46,371 nt of DNA, from positions 1 to 46,371 of the forward strand of contig NW_021829921.1 in assembly GCF_006345805.1 (NCBI RefSeq). Reading direction: 5' to 3'. Each line of letters starts with the position of its first letter. Position 1 is the first letter of the stretch. The translations under genes were made by a program, and so were the position numbers. The notes beneath the pieces were generated by a model. That model was not told the DNA's origin, searched no databases, and saw nothing but the letters and a program-made list of their open reading frames with translations. This document shows positions 12,687-25,335 of the stretch, piece by piece. The DNA is from Octopus sinensis (lineage: Eukaryota).

Positions 12687-13574
12687 TTTATAGGTAAAAC
12701 TATGTGTTTGTATGTGGTGTGTATGTATACATACACACTTAAGAACACACACACGCACTCATACACACACACACACACACGTATGCACGCATATATAAAC
12801 ACAGGTACGCGGAACGTGGTGCCATGGTTACCATCAAATAATTAATTGTATTCACGAAGCACTGGTCACCCGAGGTTAAATTATAAATCAATTGTTAACG
12901 TTAGACCGCAATGGAATGGAACATAGCGAATATTGTTAGTTATGGACGTGGCTATTAAATCAGTTGTCATATTTGTTATAACCTGCACTCACAGTAAAAT
13001 ACAGCATGTCTCTGTGTGCCTGGGGCGCATTCAATACTTTGCTTTTGTTTACGTGTCTTCCCATTGTACTAAAAGTGCTCTATTTAATGTGTGGAATGCT
13101 TAATAGACCTTGCTATATTATGTATGTTGTATTAAATGCATTCATCTCGGAGGTTTGGTTATGTATTTGTCATATTCATTTTCATCACTCTCAAGGTTGC
13201 TATTATTAGGAGAAATGCATCTGGGGGGACATTATCATGCGTAGGAATAAGCAAGTCGATTATGATGCGACATTGTTCTTTCTAATGCACACAACAATAT
13301 TTGGCGCGCAGCCCTGTTACGTTGTACATTCGTGCATTCGTGTGTATATATGTAATGCTTGTATGAATTTATATACATGCGTGCGTGTTTATGTATGTAC
13401 TGCATGAGTTTGGTCATTTGCTTCTTCCCTAAGCCTTTTTCTGGTGTACGTTTTTAAACTTTCAGTTGACATTTCTTAATTAATGCTGAGGTACTTTTCT
13501 GTATATGGAATATCCAGTTTTACAATATCATCAGTGGCTAGCATGCGTGAAAGAACCATAATGGCAAAATTATC

Positions 13575-13868
13575 AATTAACAGTGAAGGGTTCTACTTGT
13601 AGGACCAGCATGCTAAAGATAGCAGTTAAAACGACTCAAAACCACAGTTTTCATTTGTACACAAGGGCGAAACCGAAGGAACGAGCAGTAAAATTTTAAT
13701 TAAAATCTTTCGATTCTTTTCGTCTATGGCACGGGGTGGGGTCTTAAAATTCTACTGCCCGTTCTCTCGATTTCGCCCTTGTGTACAAGTGAAATCTGTG
13801 GTTTTTGAGTCGTTTTGACTGCTATCTTTAGCATGATGGTGCTACAAGTGGTACCTTCATTATTAATT
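13575..13868. repeat. Imperfect inverted repeat, ~125-bp arms (foldback or pLTR-like)
   Basis: 13575-13699 is reverse-complementary to 13744-13868 (e.g. TTGTACACAAGGGCGAAA / TTTCGCCCTTGTGTACAA). Confidence 0.85.
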
Positions 13869-14474
13869 TGGTATTACACAGTGGGAAGGATTTTGCCGTG
13901 TGCTAAGTATCCTTCTCTTCACCTCAGAACACTATGTTTTTCAATACCCACTGAAAATTTTCGCTATTCACTTTTTAATTCTTCAATCATGAAACGTATA
14001 GTCCACGTAGAGAGGATATTCCTTCTTTTCAATATGTCGGATATTTTTTCGTCAGCGCTTGCAATTTAGTTTAATCAATTAATTAAATTATTCTTGATCA
14101 TTTCTGTCTTCATTTCCTCCTTCATATCACAACCTCTATTAATTTCTTTCACGCGAGAAACGTTTTCTTTGTATTGTTGTATATTTACATTAATTATAAC
14201 CATTTTCTTTATTAAATATTTTTGAAGCACTACAGTAGATGTTTCATAATAGTTTTTTTCAGTTGCAGATGGTTCATACTAATCTGTACTGCTATCTGAT
14301 ACATATATTTTGTGTCATATTTTGGTTGGTACATTCCAAATACAGATATTTTACTTGTTAATATACCTAACGTCAGTCGATATAATCTGTTATTACTACT
14401 ACTTAAAACTGAGACAGCTACCTTACTATCATATATTTTGCTTGGAAATATGTTTAAGTATAAATGAAATACGT

Positions 14475-14690
14475 ACTTTCTACTTGTTTCAGTCATTAGA
14501 TTGCAACCGGACTGAGGCACTGCCTTGAAGAATTTTTAGTCGAATAAATCGCATCCAGTATTTAATTCTTCAAAGCCTGGAAGTTATTCTATCAGTCTCT
14601 TAAGCCAAACAGCTACATTACGAGGATCTAAACACACCAATACTGGTTGTCAAGAAGTGGTGAGGAGAACATGCAGATACAAAGACACAA
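14475..14690 (-). mobile_element. SINE family C 3' fragment
   Basis: TACTTGTTTCAGTCATT...CTGGTTGTCAAG matches 9108-9275. Confidence 0.7.
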
Positions 14691-14693
14691 GTG

Positions 14694-14941
14694 GGATCGC
14701 GGTTTCGATTCCCAGACTGGGCGTTGTGAGTGTTTATTGAGTGAAAACACCTAAAAGCTCCACGTGGCTCTGGCAGAGGGTGGTGGCGATCCCTGCTGTA
14801 CTCTTTCGCCACAACTTTCTCTCACTTTTCCTTCTGTTGGCCAGCGGTGTGGCATCATTTGAAGGCTAAAACAATGCGAAGCGCATTGTGACCAGCGATG
14901 TGTAGCAACGTCTGATAGCCTGGTCGGTCATGGTGATCCCG

Positions 14942-14945
<4 letters not shown>
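14694..14945 (+). mobile_element. SINE family B, 5'-truncated, tail type 2
   Basis: GGATCGCGGTTTCGATTCCCAGAC...GAAGGCTAAAACAATGCGAAG...GGTGAT(AT)n, matching 44145-44453. Confidence 0.85.
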
Positions 14946-14975
<30 letters not shown>

Positions 14976-14977
<2 letters not shown>

Positions 14978-15488
14978 GTGAAATAGAAAGATGAATAATC
15001 TTGTAGTAGATTAATCAAAAGTTTAACCGATACCTTAGTAGCAAAAATCACAGCAGTAAACAGCACGGTTGGAGGTACAACCATATGGTGTTGCAACCGT
15101 GCGTTGGTGCGGATAATTGAAATTAAAACATTATTGGTGAGTTGAAGAAATGGAGCTGAACGCAGATTGAACAGAAATCGTTTTATTTCATTCTACACTG
15201 TTTATCAGTGTATGTTGAGAACCGGTGGCTGAAGAATTTAACGGGTCATAAACAGTTTCGCCATGGGCTCTTAGGAGCATAGTTCGATTTGTTTTTGCTC
15301 CGCCTCTGTTCTGTTTTTGTTTTTCCAACGGATTTCCTATTTTCTTCCTGAAGAGAAAGACACAATATGGTCCCATTATTCAATCGGATTTTGGTAATTT
15401 GTGCCTTTCGAAACACGTGTAGAATGAAATAAAACGATTTCTGTTCAATCTGCGTTCAGCTCCATTTCTTCAACTCACCAATAATGTT
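14976..15488. mobile_element. Penelope-like pLTR element with inverted segment, inside (TA)n
   Basis: 15127-15198 is the reverse complement of 15417-15488. Same family as 28727-29468, flanked by (TA)n. Confidence 0.8.
15341..15429 (+). ncRNA. Type I hammerhead ribozyme, canonical core
   Basis: TTTCTTC-CTGAAGA-GAAAGACACAA/TTGTGCCTTTC (stem II with long loop)-GAAAC-ACGT-GTA-GAATGAAA. Cleavage predicted after A15421. Confidence 0.85.
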
Positions 15489-15514
15489 ATATATATATAT
15501 ATATATATATATAT

Positions 15515-15635
15515 AAGACGGGCTTCTTTCAGTTACAAGGCTTTGATCGAAGTCACCCGCCGAGGGAGCCCCGCATGGGACTGAACATAGAACAACGTGG
15601 CTGGGGAGCAAATCTCTTACCACGTACCGTACCCA
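15515..15635 (-). mobile_element. Degraded 5' part of SINE family C
   Basis: GACGGGCTTCTTTCAGTT and TGGGACTGAAC...CTTACCAC match 9352-9495. Confidence 0.55.
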
Positions 15636-16309
15636 GTTCTTTACTGATGTTTATTTATAGCATTAGTGTAGCATTACTTCTCATCGTTGATTAGTCTCTT
15701 TAGCTGCCTGTTTAATTCATTAGCAGTCGTTACTCATAATGCTTTTATTCCAAGTTTGTTCTAGTCTTCATATTATCGTTCTCTATCTCATATAATCTTA
15801 ATGGTCTTGTAGTATAGTTTTTCTCTGTCTTCAAGATTTGCATATTCTTAAACCGAATTTTCAAAACTAATTTTCTAAGCAGAATTGCTTTCTTAATCCG
15901 TCGTACTTTCTATGTATGAATTTCAGCCTAAGGATTCGCTTCCTGTCCTTTAACTAAACAATACATCAAATGCTCTATGTGAATTTCTCTCTGTGTATAT
16001 CTGCGTATCTTTTAATTGTGTGTATAAAGGATAGAATCTGTCAGTTGACTACTTCATTTGTACTCACTTTGTTGCTAATCGACCATTTCTACGAACACTT
16101 ACAGTGCATTACTTGTATAAAGCAAAATGTAATAACATTTTACTGAGTTATTGTATTCCTTATGAATGTATCCTTCAACAATTTCTATTGGTTGTTTGCA
16201 ATTTTCTCTCTTTGTTGTTTCATGGACGATAACGGATACTCATCAAAGGCGTCATGTAGCCGCTTTTCTTTTACCCCCATGTTAATTTACCAGCCTACAG
16301 TTATTTGGA

Positions 16310-16490
16310 GTTATTTCGCCGGGCGAAATGCTGAAATATCGCTACGTTCTGAGTTCAAATTCCGCCGGGGTCCACTTTACCTTTCATCAATTCGGGGTCG
16401 ATAAATTAAGTACCAATGAATGGGGTTGATGTAATCGACTAGTCCCCTCCCCATAAATATCAGGCCTTGTGCATTTAGTAGAAAATATTA
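16310..16490 (+). mobile_element. SINE family A
   Basis: CGTTCTGAGTTCAAATTCCGCC...GGGGTCGATAAATTAAGTACC. Confidence 0.8.
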
Positions 16491-16542
16491 TTATTAATTG
16501 TTGTTGTTATTATTATTTTATATTATTATTATATTATTATTA

Positions 16543-16589
<47 letters not shown>

Positions 16590-16607
16590 TATTATTCAGT
16601 ATTATTA

Positions 16608-18196
16608 TTTTTATAGCGTGCTTTCACTTCACTACCGCGCAGCTCTGTGTGCCTTGGGTATGTGCTGTGATTTGTTGTGATGTTCTGATGGTTATTGTAT
16701 GGAAAGTGTTCTGCGTAGGATGTGTGCAGTGCCTAGTAGTGCAATTTTCTGTATGTTATATGTGTTTGTAAGTCCTGGTGTTTTTGTTATGTATTTGTCT
16801 GAATATTTTTTTATCATGCCTAATGCACCTACTATGATAGGAATTGTTTCTGTTTTCAGGTTCCACATTCTAGTTATCTCTATTTCCAGGTCTTTGTATT
16901 TTGAGAGTTTCTCCATTTCTTTTAGAGACACGTTGTCATCTGCCGGTATTGATACATCAATTAGAAAGCATTTTTTTTCTTTATGATCTCTGACAACTAA
17001 ATCTGGTCTGTTGGCTTAATTTCTCTATCTGTGTGTATCGGCATATCCCAGAGTATGGTTGCTTTCTCGTTTTCTGTGACCTTTTCTGGTGTGTGCCTAT
17101 ACCATCTTTTTTCTGTTGTTATTCCATAATGTTGGCATAGCTTCCAATGTATGTAGGTTCCAACTCTGTCATGTCTGTGAATATATTCCTTCTTAGCCAG
17201 GACTGGGCAGCTAGAGATAATATGATTTATTGTTTCTTGTCCATCTCCGCATATTCTGCAGTTACTTGTAATATTTCTTTTCATTACATGTTTTTGGTAA
17301 TTTCTGGTGGGGAGGCTTTGGTCTTGTGCTGCAATTAAAAATCCCTCTGTTTCTGCTTTGAGTCCTGAGCTTCTCAACCATTGCTGCGATTTTTCTTTGT
17401 CTATTTCTTTTGCGTTTAGTTTAGTGCAGTATTTACCATGAAGGGGCTTTTCTTGCCATCGTTTTATCATGGCTCGTTGCTGTTCTATTTTTAGTTTGGA
17501 TTTCATTTGTTTTATAGCTTTTGTTGTTTCTTCATCTTCTTCTTCTTCTTCTTTGTGTTTATTAGGTGGTATGATTTCTTGTTTGTATTTGTCAGCTTCC
17601 TTAAATACTGAGAACAGTTTTTTGTTTTGCTCGTGTTTTGCTGCTATCTGGATCAGTTTTCCTTCCTTCTGAAGTAGGTATTTTTGCAGTCCTATGGTGG
17701 TTATTTTATAGTAGTTTTCCAGCTGTATAAGGCCTCTACCACCTTCTATACGTTGTATATATAGTCTTTCTATGTCAGATTTTGGGTGATGCATCCTAGA
17801 TCCTGTCAGTATTTTTCTTGTTTTCCTATCTATTTTGGACAGTTCATTTCGTGTCTAGTTAAGGATATTGTAGCTGTAACTGGGACAGCTAAAGTGTTGA
17901 TACCTATTATCTTGTTTTTAGCATTGAGCTCTGTTTTTAGTATTGATCTAACTCGTCTATAATATTCTTTTTTTATTTTCTCTTTCATTTGTGTGTGTTG
18001 TGTCTTATCTAGTTCATGGATTCCTAAGTATTTGTAAGTTTGGCTTTGGTCTATTCTTTTATTTCATTGTTTTATCTAGTGTGATGTTGTTACTCTTAAC
18101 TAGTTTTCCTCTTTTCATGGTTACTTTGGCGCATTTTTCTAATCTAAATTTCATATCTATTTCTTTGGTAAATCCATGAACTGTCTTTAATAGTGT
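16608..18196 (-). mobile_element. 5'-truncated R4/Dong-clade non-LTR retrotransposon (RT C-terminus, CCHC knuckle, restriction-like endonuclease), disrupted
   Basis: HPKSDIERLYI..GGRGL, AAQDQSL.TRNY, CRICGDGQETINHIISSC, RHD, PD..IDVS..EKLSKYKDL and PIIVGALG, with frameshifts and stops. (TAA)n lies on both sides, as is typical of Dong. Confidence 0.92.
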
Positions 18197-18325
18197 GGTA
18201 AATCCATGAACTGTCTTTAATAGTGTTTAACTGTCTTTAATAGTGTTGAACTGTCTTTAATAGTGTTTAACTGTCTTTAATAGTGTTGAACTGTCTTTAA
18301 TAGTGTTGAACTGTCTTTAATAGTG

Positions 18326-18326
<1 letters not shown>
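18167..18326. repeat. Tandem reiteration at the LINE 5' truncation point
   Basis: CTGTCTTTAATAGTGT occurs 7 times (18181, 18211, 18231, 18251, 18271, 18291, 18311). Confidence 0.95.
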
Positions 18327-18369
<43 letters not shown>

Positions 18370-18370
<1 letters not shown>

Positions 18371-18800
18371 GAGTGAAAGAGCAGTTCATGCCATCAAAAT
18401 GACACTGGGGTAAAATATACAAAGCCCAGTATACCCATAATGACTACCCGTCTGTTAAGGGTACACCAGTCACATGCATCACAACCATATGTGCGCGACA
18501 TGGGGATCAAGATAAACAGTTCATCACCTTGCAGGTGGAGCCAGTTAGAATTTTCTTCAGGTGGAGTAGCCCATCCCGCTGAAAATGTCCCTGAATAAAG
18601 GCTGTTTAAGGATGATGAACAAAACACCCATGTTTCCAAGCCCCAAAGAATTACACTCAACACATGGCTATAATGCTCTCCCACTATTTCTGCTCGTGAT
18701 CAGAGATGAATATATCGTCAAACACTAATGGACATGCTCAACTAGTTATGGTCAAACAACTGACAAGCAAATCTGTGGTATTGAGCAGAATATTTGCTGT
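18370..18800. mobile_element. ~430-bp non-coding insert between two (TTA)n tracts, probably a non-autonomous element
   Basis: Sharp boundaries against (TTA)n on both sides, higher GC than the flanks, and no credible ORF. Confidence 0.5.
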
Positions 18801-18813
18801 ATTATTATCATCA

Positions 18814-18875
<62 letters not shown>

Positions 18876-21407
18876 TGTTACGTTGACACGAAGGAACACA
18901 TTCCATAGGGTCCCAACAAGGAAATGAATTTCATTGCATTATCTGAGAAAGATACGTAGATTTAGCCTTCAACTTTTTTCATCGTCGCTGTTTCATATCT
19001 TATAGCTTTTTCTTTACATTGTTTGTTTTTAAGTGTGTTTTTTGGTTAAGATGTCTATTGTACTTTCGTTCTGAGTTTAAGAAAAATGCGTGCAGCAATA
19101 AAAAAAAAAGGGAAAATTTAATCGTTAGAACAGATATTCATAAGTGAAAAACAAAATTTAAAAGGTAAATGATATTACAGCAAGTAAACAGACCGAAATT
19201 CAAGAACAAAAATTAATTGCTTTATAAGAACACCTACCTCCCAAATAATGACAGAAACATTAACTTAAATGGATAACAGAGAATAAACAGTTTGGAAAAT
19301 AACGGCAGAATCATCATCACCATCATCGCCAGCCATGTAACTTTTGTAATAGTTGTTAGACGTGCTCCTATTCTAGGAAAATGTAAAATAGGGAATATAT
19401 ATGGGCAAGATTTGTTACAAGAGCGAGTGCCACCTTGCTCGAAGATTTTATCCAGTTGTGGGTACAAAGAAATGTGGTATAACTCTGACTTTCAATGAAC
19501 AGGAATGATTTATTTATGCTCTTAAAAGATGTGTTAGAGAAAGTAGTAGGGAGCCTTGACTGATTGGTAGGAGGGAGTTTCTCACTGGAAGTAGGAGACC
19601 GATTGCAGACGCTAGATTAAAAAGAGGACAAGTATGCATCAGGTCTGCCCAGAAGGCTTCTCTTGAAATATATGGTCAAAAGCTATGTAAGAATCATAAA
19701 CCAATTAAACTGATGCTGATGTGAAATTTTGCTTCTTTAGCATCTTTGGATCTTACTGCGGGCAGTTAGAGAACGCAAAGTTGATCCCTAGTGAATCAGA
19801 ATACGGTGGAATATTCTTCGACTTCCAGAACATATTAGTTAAAGATAAGGTGTCTATAGACCGTGCAGATTTTGCTGAATTTTGACTTGTACATTATGCA
19901 AGAATAAAAATGAAATACTTTTTGAATTAATTATAATTAAGATCTGATGAATATCGTCAGTGAGTGCCTATTTTTCATTTAGTTTCACTCGGAAGAAAAG
20001 CAGAGCTTGGGAAACAATTACTTTATGAACATTATTATTATTATTATATCATTAATAAATTATATTAAATTATATTGCTTATAAGATAATGAACAAAATG
20101 TGCGAACAATTACTGCCAGAAATCACGATATTCATTTTGTTTCCATAAAAGAATCAAAACAAGTTAAAGAAAGTGCTTCTTATCATTTGGATCTGTTTAA
20201 TGCTTGACTTCTTTTCAGTGGATAAATTTATTTAAAGAAAAATGATAGATGTGAGTTTAGAAGTGAGTATTCATCAAAGACCACAAACTCCAGAGCAAAG
20301 AAAAAAATGCGGAAGTTCACAATAATAGAGAGTATAGCGATGTTTGTATGAAGTTCGAATTTTCCTCGATGGCAAACGATTATCATCAGCCAAGTTTATT
20401 ATGTAAACTTTGTGGTGAATAAATTTTCGATGAATCTATGGTATTAAGCAGATTAAAAAGCCATTTTATTGCTTAAATTTCGCATCAACGAGATAAAAAT
20501 CTCAATTACTTTCAAAGATTCTTAGGACAATGATCGCGGCAACGTAATATGTTTAAGAAAATAACGACCATGTCTGAAAGTGCCCAGATCTTTTCAAGTG
20601 AGGTAGATGAAATAACAGCAATAAAAACCGAGTCTCATACATTACCTGAGTCAAATATCCTACCAGTTAGTAAAAAGATAGTTAGCATCGTGTTGAGAGA
20701 GAAAAAGCCGAAGAAGATATTAACAAAGTTTCATTCACAAAGGATGCAATTCGAAGTAGAATTTTAGATTTATCTGAAGGTATTGAAAAATGTCCAGAAA
20801 TAAATAATGAATCTAAATTTTCATTAATACTTGATGAATTACTTGATATCAATAGCAATGTTCAATTGGTTGCATATATTTATTTTATTAATAAAGATGA
20901 AATAATCAATAAGTTTTTATATTGTAAAAGAAATGCCGACAACGACAAAAGGTCAAAATACTTTTGATATTTTAACTGGATATATTAACAAATTAATTTA
21001 ACTTGAACCTCATGTATTGGCATTTGTGCTGATGGTGAATCACGTACCGCCACCTGTATTAAAGGATTTTGTGACGCTCGTAGCAAAATATATTCAAATC
21101 ACGTTCATAATCATTTTTCTTTTTCTTTTTTTTTTTTGAAAATAGAGAGATTCTAGTTTAATAAAATATTGCAAGAAGAAACAAATGTGTTGTGTCTCGT
21201 CGACACTGTTATGTCCTTCTTTGAACTCCCTGTATTTCCCACTTAATAATGTGGATTTATAACATGGTTATAACAATACAAATATAAATCAGAAACAGCA
21301 CTTAGCAAACATTATCTCTTCTCAACGACCTCTACAACTCTCTTCACAAAGCGCCTGCATACACCGCACTGGTTTCTTCACTGAAAGTGTGCATACGCCT
21401 TTATACT

Positions 21408-21641
21408 TATTTCTTTACTAGCCACAAGGGGCTAAACACAGAGGGGACACACAAGGACAGACAAACGGATTAAGTCGATTACATCGACACCCAGTGCGTA
21501 ACTGGTACTTATTTAATCGACTCCGAATGGATGAAAGGCAAAGTCGACCTCGGCGGAATTTGAACTCAGAACGTAGCCGCAGACGAAATACGGCTACGCA
21601 TTTCGCCCGGCGTGCTAACGTTTCTGCCAGCTCACAGCCTT
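21408..21641 (-). mobile_element. Full-length SINE family A inserted in the hAT fossil
   Basis: Close match to the family A head, core and tail. Confidence 0.9.
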
Positions 21642-22681
21642 CAGACGAAATACTGTTTAGGACAGTTGACATGCTATCACACATGTTAAAGCAAATAATT
21701 GAAACAGTCAATCACATATGAAGTAAAACTTTCGAGTCAAGAATATTTGATAAAACTATGTAAAGGAATAGATTCTCAGTATTTTCGATTACTTGTGCAT
21801 ACAGAAGTCGGATGGCTTTCCAAAAGAAAATTACTAGCTCGCATTCTAGAAGAATAAACAGCATGTTTGATAAAAAAATAGAAAATATATTAATAACACT
21901 GTAAATGTCTTCATTGTAAGCTACAGATGTGTAAGTTGGAATATTTCACAGAGATATATACTCAATGTTGGGAACAGTAATATATGAAGAAGAAACTAAA
22001 ATATACTCGCTTCAACAGATAAATAAGCTATACTTTCTTATAATGTGTATAAACATCATCTCATCTAAGAAATAATTCCATTTTTGGTTAATCATTTGAC
22101 GACGCTGGAAGAAAAGGATTGACTAAGCTTTTCGATATTGAATATAGAAATGCAAGCTTGGAAACGAAATACTTTCTTAAATAATCCATCTAATATTAGG
22201 TTTCAGATATGCAAAGAAAAGGAGTTGGATGTGGTTTTCAGTGATCACCGGTTTAAAATGAAGTACTCAGAAATACCTTTTGTTACCTTTTGAATTTCAA
22301 TTTTAAAGGAATATCCCAAAGTAACTTGTAAATACCTATTGGTTTTGTTACTATTTTCTAATTCGTATTTGTGTGAAATAAGATTATCAACTCTGCAAAA
22401 AAAATCAAAAGTAAGAAGGGATTGAGACTCCGCTGCATCGACGAAGAAATGAGGCTATGCTTATTAAACATAAGTCCAAACGTTGGAGTAATAGTAATAG
22501 TAAAAAAAATATAAATAAATAAATAAGACAGATGTTTCCCAATAATCAGTCTGCATGACTGGATACTACAGTAAAGTACACTCATTACTGTATAGATTTG
22601 TAACATTATAAAATTTAAAATTTTACATTTTTAAAGTAATTTACGATTTTTAAACCAGTGTATTGCAATATTTTTACGTGC

Positions 22682-23065
22682 TCGTTAAGCACGCCGGGCG
22701 AAATGCTTAGCGTTATTTCGTCTGCCGTTACGTTCTGAGCTCAAATTCCGCCGAGGTCGACTTTGCCTTTCATCCTTTCGGGGTCGATAAATTAAGTACG
22801 AGTTATGCACTGGGGTCGATGTAATCGACTTAATCCCTTTATCTGTCCTTGTTTGTCCTCTCTGTGTTTAGCCCCTTGTGGGTAGTAAAGGAATAGGTAT
22901 TTCGTCTGCCGCTACATTCTGAATTCAAATTCCGCCGAAGTCGACTTTGCTTTTCATCCTTTCAGATTCGATAACTTAAGTACCAGTTGCGTACTGGAGT
23001 CGATCTAATCGACTGAACTCCTCTCCAAAAATGTCGGACCTTGTGGCTTGATTAGAAAAGAATAT
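22682..23065 (+). mobile_element. Dimeric SINE family A
   Basis: Two cores, with junction GTAAAGGAATA|GGTATTTCG at ~22896. Confidence 0.85.
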
Positions 23066-23389
23066 TCTACCTGCTCCTGGGTGTACCGTGGGTAAACAAA
23101 AGGTGGAAAACCCAGTGTTAGAATCTAGGGAATATATACATTTTCACAAGGAAATTATCCTGCACCCTCTAATATCTTTTCACAGGGTGACTCTTCCTCA
23201 TTCGTGGATAACTTAAATATTATATTACATATTATATGACGTATACACATAAAGCAAGAAATTTGAGTGCATGCATGTGAGTGTAGGTGGAATGAATCTA
23301 TGGCGCATGTCTACTTGTGTCTTCTAACTTTTCTCCTTATAATTCTTTCTGTTCAACCCTTGATACATACATACAAACAAACATACATA

Positions 23390-23479
<90 letters not shown>

Positions 23480-23890
23480 TATATTAAATTAGAGACAAAA
23501 CCACTATTAGGCAAATCATACAATGAAAAACTTAAGCCAATACATAAGATTATTTAATTTATATTATTTAAATATATAACAAAATTATTAAAATATATCA
23601 CTACGATCGTTTCATGGCTGTTAATTTCTTCAAATTTTCAAGTCACAGTCATTCATCAGGTGGTTTAAAATTTATCTTGGCGAGGTTTAAACATAATAAT
23701 TTTGTTATATATTTAAATAATATAAATTAAATAATCTTATGTATTGGCTTAAGTTTTTCATTGTATGATTTGCCTAATAGTGGTTTTGTCTCTAATTTAA
23801 TATAATATAATATTTTCTATAAAATTGGATTCAATCCTAACTGATTTTTCCCTGTAAGTTTGGATTTATTCCCTAATATTTATTATTATT
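23480..23890. mobile_element. Penelope-like pLTR element with inverted repeat, inside (TA)n
   Basis: ~23480-23589 is the reverse complement of ~23695-23805. A unique tail runs to ~23890, with (TA)n flanks. Confidence 0.8.
23599..23662 (-). ncRNA. Type I hammerhead ribozyme, canonical core
   Basis: Minus strand reads CAC-CTGATGA-ATGACTGT...ACAGCCAT-GAAAC-GATC-GTA-GTG, with palindromic stem III ACGATCGT. Confidence 0.8.
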
Positions 23891-23912
23891 AATTAATATA
23901 TATATAATATAT

Positions 23913-23957
<45 letters not shown>

Positions 23958-23961
<4 letters not shown>

Positions 23962-24586
23962 GTTAAATAAAATGAGACAGCAAAGCTAAGGTGGTATGAG
24001 ATTTCTAGGACATTGTAAAGAAACGGGCAGTCTTACAGCTGTTTCAGGAATATAAAGGATATCTCATCGTCAAGATGATATGAAAGAGTTAAATATAAGG
24101 AAATTATTAGAGTTCAATATGAGAAGTTACTTTGGAAAGAGAGAGATATAGGAAGTATAAAGGGAAATATAACAATAAAAATAAAGACATATGTTGGATC
24201 CTAACACCCAGCAAGCTTAACATCCATCATATCTTTATTTTCATTCTCATATTTCCCTTTATAGTTCTTATTTCTTTCTCTTTCCAAAATAACTTCTCGT
24301 ATTGAACTCTATATTTCCTTCAATTGAAGCTCTTAACTCGTCTCTGATGATGGGATATCTTTTATATCCTGAAACAGCTGTAAGACTACTCCTCTCTTTA
24401 TAAAATGTCCTAGAAACTTCATACTGCCTTGGCTTTGTTGTCTCATTTTATTTAACCTATACAGGCTCACACCGACCCGCGTTAGACTCCTCACTCATAC
24501 TATATCAAACGGGAGTCTAACAGAGGTCTTTCCGTAGCTCTTAAGTAATCTTACGTGCCTTTGGATCTTCTGGATGCCAAAACCTC
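23958..24586 (+). mobile_element. Penelope-like pLTR element: diverged inverted repeat plus structured tail
   Basis: ~23958-24190 and ~24229-24460 are reverse-complementary with mismatches. The tail spans 24462-24586, with (TA)n flanks. Confidence 0.8.
24340..24386 (+). ncRNA. Type I hammerhead ribozyme, canonical core
   Basis: GTCT-CTGATGA-T-GGGATAT CTTTT ATATCCT-GAAAC-AGCT-GTA-AGAC. A mutated mirror copy (TTGACGA core) lies on the minus strand at 24030-24076. Confidence 0.88.
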
Positions 24587-24611
24587 ATATATATATATAA
24601 CGTGTAATATA

Positions 24612-24647
<36 letters not shown>

Positions 24648-25134
24648 TATATATATATTATATATATATATAATATATATATATATATAATATATATATA
24701 TATTATATATATATATATACACGTACACACATACATATATACATATATTTGTGGATATATATATGCATATATATGCTTGGCTATCATAGTATTGTTTTAT
24801 TAATTATGGTAGTAATTTTTTTGATGATAAATTTTATTTTGTTGATATCTTATTATTTTACTGTTGGTTACTATAATGTTTAGCGTTGCCATCGTACATA
24901 TTTTTCGTTCTGGTTTTGATTCTGTGATTTTCGTTGATAATATTATAGGTGCATATAGACATAGTGTACTGTTCCTGCTACAGACACCATGAGTTCTATA
25001 TAATGCTAGTGCCGAAGCTATTTTATTGAGGATTTATATAGTAATTTGTTTTGTTGACGACTTATTTCTGCTTTTATGTCGCAACCATTATTGTTATTGC
25101 TCGTTGTTATTATTGATTTATAACTTAGACACCA

Positions 25135-25335
25135 AACTATAAATTTGAAAAGCGGGAACGATCAATTATATTTCCCCAAGTACTTGCCTGGTATAAGTAT
25201 TTTGTTTATCGACCCCGGAATTATGAAGGAGAAAATTCAACTTTCACAGCAGTCAAGTAATTTATATTGAGATAGTAAAGAGAAGCGATATAATGTAACA
25301 GGACGTTTTTGTCCGACGCGTTACCGATTCTGCCA
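25135..25335 (-). mobile_element. Old, degraded SINE family A-like copy
   Basis: TTTATCGACCCCGGAATTATGAAGG and GTCCGACGCGTTACCGATTCTGCCA remnants. Confidence 0.5.

Larger units (their letters stand above)
20290..23117 (+). mobile_element. Fossil hAT (Buster/Charlie, ZBED5/SCAND3-like) transposon interrupted by SINEs
   Basis: Fragments in the expected order: LCKLCGE*IFDESMVLSRLKSH, FSLILDELLD, CIGICADG, LLVHTEVGWLSKRKLL, SYLCE and EEMRLCLLNISP (to ~22490). A degenerate TIR-like end AAAAGGTGGAAAACCCAGTG lies near 23117. The left end was not identified. Confidence 0.85.

Noticed and set aside
18181-18326. CRISPR-like regular repeats
   Set aside because: There are no unique spacers, the unit derives from the adjacent LINE, and the context is eukaryotic.
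18680-18800. HDV-like ribozyme at the end of the (TAA)n insert
   Set aside because: No P2 partner or catalytic J4/2 segment could be placed.
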